From Candidatus Latescibacterota bacterium (GTDB lineage Bacteria > Latescibacterota > UBA2968): 64,000 bases of DNA. Under the pieces are notes generated by a model, which saw only the letters and a list, made by a program, of their open reading frames with translations, searched no databases and was not told the DNA's origin. Shown in pieces: positions 58,280 through 64,000 of this stretch. The position numbers were made by a program, and so were the translations under genes. The stretch covers positions 5,568,001 through 5,632,000 of the forward strand of contig OZ242320.1 of the NCBI GenBank assembly GCA_965208125.1, read 5' to 3'. Numbering within the stretch: the stretch's first letter is position 1; each line of letters starts with the position of its first letter.

Positions 58280-58405
58280 GAAATGAGGAGCCGGGGACAA
58301 AGAAGTGGGAAGGAAGAGGGAAGAAGTGAGAAGGCCGCCCAACCCTGCCCCAAATCTGTTGCTTCATATCACACTTCTCCCTTCACACTTCCTACTTCAC
58401 ACTTC
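58280..58405. repeat. Element with inverted 7-mer tandem arms and a conserved core (copy 2)
   Basis: AGAAGTGAGAAGGCCGCCCAAC..CCAAA..TGCTTCATATCACACTT matches the reverse complement of the 42517-42622 core. Confidence 0.8.
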
Positions 58406-58417
58406 TGGAGGTTAGCC

Positions 58418-59068
58418 ATGGCATCGCGCATCTGCTTTATACTGACCTGTCTTATCGTTTTTGCCGGATGTTATACGCAACTCCGGGCACCGCGCGTTCA
58501 TCGTGAACAACGCGTAGAGTTCCCTATCCAGCCTTCTGAGAAGTCTGTGCAACGGTTTGAATATTATTACTACAATTATTGCAATCCATCTCCTCTGCCA
58601 TTTTATGGTTCGTACAATCCATATCGTCCATACCGTCCATATCGGCGATATCCGCTGTGGAACAGACATCGTCTCATCTGGGAATATTCGTGTTGGGCAA
58701 GTGTGTACGACCCGTGGTGGCGCGGGTGGTCGCCGAGGACTTTGGTGCCTCATATTGTATATGCCCCAGCAGTAAGACCTCAGATAGAACGCGAACAGGT
58801 CAATCCGCGTCCCCGTATCAGATACACAGGTGTGCGTGGCGCCCCCGCCTCGGCCAGCGCAATTCGGTCGGGCAGCACCACAACAGAAAGCACACCAACA
58901 ACACAACCGAAGAGCTCGCGCGGCACCAAAAAGGAAAGTACACAGCAAACTGAAAACTCGCGCAGCACAAAAACACAATCATCAGAAAAATCGGAAAAAA
59001 AAGAAGAAAAGTCTGAAAAGCGCGAGGAGAAACGCTCAACGCAGCGCCGCAGAGGGGGGATGAGATAA
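58418..59068 (+). CDS. Hypothetical lipoprotein with Tyr/Pro/Trp-rich and Ser/Thr/Lys/Glu-rich low-complexity regions
   Basis: GGAGG RBS, FAGCYTQL lipobox, YNPYRPYRPYRRY, charged tail. Confidence 0.75.
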   Translation: MASRICFILTCLIVFAGCYTQLRAPRVHREQRVEFPIQPSEKSVQRFEYYYYNYCNPSPLPFYGSYNPYRPYRPYRRYPLWNRHRLIWEYSCWASVYDPWWRGWSPRTLVPHIVYAPAVRPQIEREQVNPRPRIRYTGVRGAPASASAIRSGSTTTESTPTTQPKSSRGTKKESTQQTENSRSTKTQSSEKSEKKEEKSEKREEKRSTQRRRGGMR

Positions 59069-60342
59069 TGTCCAAACACCTCTGTATTCCGACATTTGTG
59101 ATTTGCATCTTCGCGGTATCTATCCCCGCACAAGAAGTCGTTCTCGATAGCTTTTCTGGCATTGGTGCCCGCGCCATGGGCATGGGTGGTGCTTATATTT
59201 CCGTATCCGATGATTTTTCTGGCCTGTTCTGGAACCCCGCGGGATTGGCGCGGGTCGAGCGTGGAACCGTAAACTGGGGCGTTTCACACGACCGATTCCG
59301 CAACATATCGCAATTTTTTGACCACCCTTCAACACTCGAATTGCGCAGTACGCGCATAGCATCTCTGGGCTTTGTATATCCCGTTCCCGTATATCGCGGC
59401 AGTCTGGTCTTTGCCGGAGGCTTTGGGCGCAATCGAAATTTTGACGGGGGATTACAGATCGATGCGTATGATACCATCGCCAATTTTGATAAAACGGGAT
59501 TTTCAGAAGACAAAGGTGCTCTCGGCGCGTGGACATTGGGGGCTGCAATTGATCTGATGCCGCGTCTGTCGGCGGGGATATCGTTATTTCGCTGGGGAGG
59601 AACCAACCGCTTTTTGCAGGAATTGACCCTTGAGGATGTGCAGCGCGTGCACGCCGATACCATCCGCATCTTCCAGCGGTTTGAATCCGAGGAAAGCTAT
59701 TCCGCCTGGGGTATCCAGGGCGGCATTCGGTATTGGCATCCCACGGGTTTCCAATTTGGCATTGTGGCAACAGCCGCCACGCCTTTGCGCGTATCGGCTG
59801 AACTGGCAGATGAATTTGAAGACGAGTTTGAAGACCGCACAGATACCTATCCACGCGAATCTTTTTCGGACGCATATGAAATTCGTCAACCCCTGACTTT
59901 TGGAATGGGAATCGGATGGTCGTCGGGCGGATTGACGGTGAGCGGCGACGTGCATTACGGCGATTTGCAAGAAGTAACCTACGAAGTTTTGCCAGTAAAT
60001 ATTGCACCCAATGTCGATAATTTTCGGCGGCAATATCGCAGCGAAGCGCGGTTGCATTTGGGATGTGAATATGCTATTTCGCATTGGGGCATCGCGTTCA
60101 GAGGTGGATACTACCGCGACCCGGTACGCTATGTGGGAGGTGGCAGTGTCCCAGAAATTCAAATTGAGACGGATCGCAATGCGTGGACACTCGGTTTTGG
60201 CACCGAATTGGAAAAGGCTGTAACTCTGGATTTTGCCGCTGTTATTGGTGGCTACAAAACCATTGAAGGCAATCGCGCAGATCGCGTACGTGCAGTGCGG
60301 GTACTCGCTTCGGCGCGTTTTTATTTTTTTACAGGACTTTAG
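59068..60342 (+). CDS. OmpP1/FadL-family outer-membrane transport protein
   Basis: GIGARAMGMGGAY..DD.S..FWNPAGLA; beta-barrel pattern. Confidence 0.85.
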   Translation: MSKHLCIPTFVICIFAVSIPAQEVVLDSFSGIGARAMGMGGAYISVSDDFSGLFWNPAGLARVERGTVNWGVSHDRFRNISQFFDHPSTLELRSTRIASLGFVYPVPVYRGSLVFAGGFGRNRNFDGGLQIDAYDTIANFDKTGFSEDKGALGAWTLGAAIDLMPRLSAGISLFRWGGTNRFLQELTLEDVQRVHADTIRIFQRFESEESYSAWGIQGGIRYWHPTGFQFGIVATAATPLRVSAELADEFEDEFEDRTDTYPRESFSDAYEIRQPLTFGMGIGWSSGGLTVSGDVHYGDLQEVTYEVLPVNIAPNVDNFRRQYRSEARLHLGCEYAISHWGIAFRGGYYRDPVRYVGGGSVPEIQIETDRNAWTLGFGTELEKAVTLDFAAVIGGYKTIEGNRADRVRAVRVLASARFYFFTGL

Positions 60343-60358
60343 GGAAGGAGTTATCTAA

Positions 60359-61153
60359 ATGGGTCAGTATATTTCCCAAGCACAGTGGGCAACATTTGAA
60401 GCGCAGGGATATCTTCACCTTGGCAATGTGATGGACGATGGGGAACTGGAGGCATTACAGCAGCGGATAGATGCAATCATGCTGGGCACGGCGTCTATCG
60501 ACTACGATCATGTGATGATGCAACTGGATTCCGACCCCGAGAACGATGGAAAACCTGGCCCGCAGAGCAAAGGCCATAAATACGCAACTCTGGGGTACCG
60601 CAAAATTCAAAATTTGGAATTGGATCCCCTCTTTCTTTCATTTTTGCAAAAATCGCAGTTTCGAGAAATCTGCGAACACATCTATGGCAAAAATACGCCC
60701 GTAGATTGTTTCAGGGCGATGTTTATGAATAAACCCGCGCACGATGGCACCCCGCTGGTGTGGCATCAGGACCGCTGGACCGATCTAACTCTCGATCCCC
60801 AAATCACGATATGGACGGCTCTGGATCCCACGTCAATTGAGAACGGCTGTGTGAAAATTATTCCGGAATCGCATTACAGGCTGATCAATCCCGAGCAAGG
60901 ATCCGGATTTTTGACCGAAGAACACATCGAGACCATTGTATCTCAATACGAGCCAATAGATTTAATATTAGAAGCCGGCGACTCGGTTTTGCTCCACAAC
61001 TGGATGCTGCACAGTTCGGGCGTAAACACCACAGATATTGCGCGACGCGCATTCAGCGTGTGTTATATGCACGGTGACACGCGCTCATTGCGCGGCAGCA
61101 CCTTCACCCGTGTCTTTGGCAAAGGCGCAGTGGTTCCCAAAGCCGTCGCGTAA
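60359..61153 (+). CDS. Phytanoyl-CoA dioxygenase (PhyH) family protein
   Basis: WHQD, WTALD, NGC..IPESH, LHSS. Confidence 0.9.
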   Translation: MGQYISQAQWATFEAQGYLHLGNVMDDGELEALQQRIDAIMLGTASIDYDHVMMQLDSDPENDGKPGPQSKGHKYATLGYRKIQNLELDPLFLSFLQKSQFREICEHIYGKNTPVDCFRAMFMNKPAHDGTPLVWHQDRWTDLTLDPQITIWTALDPTSIENGCVKIIPESHYRLINPEQGSGFLTEEHIETIVSQYEPIDLILEAGDSVLLHNWMLHSSGVNTTDIARRAFSVCYMHGDTRSLRGSTFTRVFGKGAVVPKAVA

Positions 61154-61159
61154 TCGCGT

Positions 61160-62902
61160 ATGTCAGACCCCATTGTTTTATTTGAATCGCATCGCAGAGG
61201 TGAAAGTTTTCGTTTTTGCGACCCGCTCGATACCATCTGCGTTTCGCATCCCAAAGATGTTGGTCCCGCACTTGAACGCATTGAACGAGCTGTCCATTCG
61301 GGATTACACGCAGCGGGATTTATCTCTTATGAAGCCGCGTCGGGTCTGGATCCCGTATTAAAGACGCACATACCGGGAGATTTTCCGCTCATGTGGTTCG
61401 GCCTGTTTCGGCATCGAGAACATATCCCTGTCGGGACGCCAAACGGTGAGCACTACGATCTGGGCGCGTGGCATCCCTCTATTTCGCGCGCTACTTACGA
61501 TACCGCCCTGAATCGCATTCGAGACCTCATTATTGCCGGCGATACCTATCAGGTTAATTATTCCTTTCGTCTGCGAGCAAATTTTTCGGGTAATAGCCTT
61601 GGCTTTTACCGCGATCTTTGTCGGGCGCAACGCACGGATTATGCGGCGTATTTGGATATCGGGCGGTTTCAAATCCTATCGGCTTCGCCCGAATTGTTTT
61701 TTTTCTTAAAAAACGGCGTTCTGACCACACGTCCGATGAAAGGTACTGCGCCTCGAGGACGATGGTGGAAAGAAGACAAAGCGCGCGCAAAACAACTTCA
61801 AAAATCTGAGAAAGACCGCGCAGAAAACGTGATGATCGTCGATCTGCTGCGCAACGATTTAGGGCGCGTATCAAAAGCTGGCAGCGTGAAAGTGCCAGCA
61901 TTGTGGCATGTCGAACATTACGAAACCTTGTTGCAGATGACCTCAACAGTCACATCGCGCATGCGTCACGACGTGAGATTGTGCGAATTGGTGACCGCAC
62001 TCTTTCCGTGCGGCTCTGTAACCGGCGCACCCAAAGTGCGTACAATGGAAATTATCAAAGAAGTAGAGCAAGCTGCGCGGGGAATTTATACCGGAAGCAT
62101 TGGATACCTGTCACCGGGAGGTGACATGGCCTTTAATGTGGCGATTCGCACAGTCTGCATTGACCGCAAAATGGGTATTGCAGAATTTGGCGTAGGCAGT
62201 GGCATAACCTGTGATTCTTCAAGTGATGGCGAGTATGAAGAGTGTTTGACCAAAGCGCGCCTGCTCGCCGATCAACAACCTGTTTTTGACCTGTTTGAAA
62301 CCCTGCGATACGACGGCAAAAATGGGTTCTTTTTGCTAAATCGCCATATAGACCGGATAGAAGCGTCCGCGCGATATTTTGGATTTGCTTTTGATCGGTC
62401 AAGCATTCTATCTGCGCTCGAAAAGGCGGTATCGGGTCTGGGGAAATCACCACGCCGGGTGCGCCTTGTCCTGTCGCGCAAGGGCTGTGTACAGGTCGAA
62501 ACCGCACCACTGAAAAATACATCGCAAAATCGCGTACTTTCCTCCCGTATCTCACCGCTACCGGTTGACAGCCGCGATCCCCTATTATTTCACAAAACAA
62601 CGCGCCGCGAGCCCTATACCTCTCGATTAAAAATGTATCCAAACTGTGAAGAAATCATTCTCATCAACGAACGCGGCGAAGCAACAGAATGCAGCATTGG
62701 CAATCTCGTCGCCCAATTGGATGGTCTATATGTAACACCTCCCATCTCCTGTGGCCTGTTGGGAGGGACTTTTCGAGCTAAACTATTGTCTCGGGGAAAA
62801 CTCACAGAACGGGTGCTGAAGGTGAATGACCTGAAACGCGCGGAGGCACTCTACATGATCAATTCTGTGCGAAAATGGACAAGACTTAAACTCATAGATT
62901 AG
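61160..62902 (+). CDS. pabB: Aminodeoxychorismate synthase component I fused to a class IV aminotransferase/ADC lyase domain
   Basis: GDTYQVN, SPELFF, PMKGT, ENVMIVDLLRND, FPCGSVTGAPK; C-terminal FETL..HKTT.R..GLLGGTFR..INSVR. Confidence 0.9.
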   Translation: MSDPIVLFESHRRGESFRFCDPLDTICVSHPKDVGPALERIERAVHSGLHAAGFISYEAASGLDPVLKTHIPGDFPLMWFGLFRHREHIPVGTPNGEHYDLGAWHPSISRATYDTALNRIRDLIIAGDTYQVNYSFRLRANFSGNSLGFYRDLCRAQRTDYAAYLDIGRFQILSASPELFFFLKNGVLTTRPMKGTAPRGRWWKEDKARAKQLQKSEKDRAENVMIVDLLRNDLGRVSKAGSVKVPALWHVEHYETLLQMTSTVTSRMRHDVRLCELVTALFPCGSVTGAPKVRTMEIIKEVEQAARGIYTGSIGYLSPGGDMAFNVAIRTVCIDRKMGIAEFGVGSGITCDSSSDGEYEECLTKARLLADQQPVFDLFETLRYDGKNGFFLLNRHIDRIEASARYFGFAFDRSSILSALEKAVSGLGKSPRRVRLVLSRKGCVQVETAPLKNTSQNRVLSSRISPLPVDSRDPLLFHKTTRREPYTSRLKMYPNCEEIILINERGEATECSIGNLVAQLDGLYVTPPISCGLLGGTFRAKLLSRGKLTERVLKVNDLKRAEALYMINSVRKWTRLKLID

Positions 62903-62911
62903 GAGATTTTT

Positions 62912-64000
62912 ATGTACCGCATCGGACAACCCGAAATCAAGCGCGTGGAAACCCTTCTGGAAAGCGGTGAAATTTTTCGCTATGGAAAGGCTGGCGAATG
63001 CGATCAGTTTGAAGCGGATTGGGGAAAGCGATTGGGCGGTGTACAGGTGCGGATGACCACAAGCGGCACGGCATCGCTTTATTGCGCCCTCATTGGTCTG
63101 AAAGTTGGACCTGGTGATTCGGTCATTGTGCCATCGTGTACCTATATGGCGACTGCTCTCGCCGTTGTTGCCGCGGGAGCCATGCCCATTATAGCCGAAG
63201 TAGATGAATCGATCACCCTCTCACCCGAAGATGTCGAACAAAAAATTGCCCCGCACACAAAAGCCATTATTCCCGTGCATATGTGGGGATTGCCCTGTAA
63301 TATGGACGCGCTGATGGACATAGCGGAAAAACGCGGGGTAAAAGTATTAGAAGATGCGTGCCAGGCCGTGGGCGGTGGATACAAAGGGCGCGAACTCGGA
63401 GCCATCGGGCATGCCGGGGCATTCAGCTTTAACTATTTCAAAAACATGACCAGCGGCGAAGGCGGCGCATTTGTCTCTGCCGATGAATCGGTATTTCGGC
63501 GCGGATCAGTGGCTGCAGATTGTTGTTCTTATTACTGGAACCCCGACGAACACCGCCCAGATGAACAATTTGCCGGATTGAATTTCAGAGCCACTGAAAT
63601 CTCCGGCACCATTCTAAACGCACAACTCGAGCGCATTGACGAAATGCTGGATCGCATGCGCGGCCACAAACGGACCCTGACAAAAGTGGGCGAAGACGCG
63701 GGTCTGACATCCATTACAAACAACTGCCTGGATTGCGAATGCGGTACCCATGTCGGCTTTATTTTCGATTCTGAAAAAATTGCACGCGCCTTTGCCAAAC
63801 GGATATCGGAATTGAAAGGACGCGCCTTTTTGCCCATCGATACCGGGCGACATGTTTACACGCGATGGGATCCCATTATGCGAAAGCAGGGCGCACACCA
63901 TCCCGCGCTCGATCCATTTAATCTACCGCAAAATAAGGCATTGAATATCGAATATTCAATGGACATGTGCCCCAGGTCGCTGGATATCTTGAGCCGCGCA
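62912..64000 (+). CDS. DegT/DnrJ/EryC1/StrS aminotransferase; runs off the window end
   Basis: Not in the ORF track. ATG 62912 with AGGAG RBS; TSGTASL, PVHMWG, LEDACQAVGG, AFSFNYFKNMTSGEGG. Confidence 0.88.
   Translation, partial: MYRIGQPEIKRVETLLESGEIFRYGKAGECDQFEADWGKRLGGVQVRMTTSGTASLYCALIGLKVGPGDSVIVPSCTYMATALAVVAAGAMPIIAEVDESITLSPEDVEQKIAPHTKAIIPVHMWGLPCNMDALMDIAEKRGVKVLEDACQAVGGGYKGRELGAIGHAGAFSFNYFKNMTSGEGGAFVSADESVFRRGSVAADCCSYYWNPDEHRPDEQFAGLNFRATEISGTILNAQLERIDEMLDRMRGHKRTLTKVGEDAGLTSITNNCLDCECGTHVGFIFDSEKIARAFAKRISELKGRAFLPIDTGRHVYTRWDPIMRKQGAHHPALDPFNLPQNKALNIEYSMDMCPRSLDILSRA

Noticed and set aside
58259-58417. N-terminal extension of the lipoprotein ORF
   Set aside because: It reads through the heptamer repeat element. 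The real start is ATG 58418, which has an RBS and a lipoprotein signal.
58418-60342. Low-complexity lipoprotein plus FadL-like barrel as a novel system
   Set aside because: This is a familiar gene pair in FCB-group genomes, and nothing in the sequence sets this copy apart.
61160-62902. PabB-PabC fusion without adjacent pabA as a novelty
   Set aside because: This fusion is a known, common architecture, and the glutaminase is often encoded elsewhere.
1-64000. CRISPR array, transposase, integrase or prophage
   Set aside because: No regularly spaced repeat-spacer array and no recognisable mobile-element protein motif. The repeats seen are short-period tandem or dispersed palindromes.

Overview
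Gene-dense, mostly housekeeping and catabolic bacterial chromosome segment with about 55 CDS and 3 tRNAs. It contains no transposase, integrase, phage gene or CRISPR array. Gene content (two GWxTD/TPR proteins, a DUF6785-type membrane protein, a DFDGNG dockerin/EF-hand-like repeat protein, and several sulfatases, PhyH dioxygenases, DegT aminotransferases and TIM-barrel epimerases) suggests an FCB-group organism such as Ca. Latescibacterota or Gemmatimonadota, which is an inference. Main modules: (1) an ECF sigma operon led by an unannotated 38-aa secreted peptide, followed by an outer-membrane barrel, the sigma factor and a Tat Rieske lipoprotein, with a cognate-looking GGAAC-N17-GTCTAA promoter; (2) a sugar/sulfatase catabolic run ending in an E2-E1a-E1b ThDP complex; (3) an atypical sigma54 activator beside tRNA-Leu and tRNA-Cys; (4) an 8-gene MoxR/VWA/DUF58/DUF4159 cluster flanked by protease-fold proteins; (5) a Co-type nitrile hydratase operon. 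The main unexplained structure is a set of short repeat families (7-mer arms around a conserved core, 10-mer CAGAT repeats, a ~35-bp hairpin module and REP/RPE-like palindromes). They sit at gene 3' ends, are nested in one another, and in four genes supply the stop codon. All family assignments come from motif recognition by eye, not from database searches.
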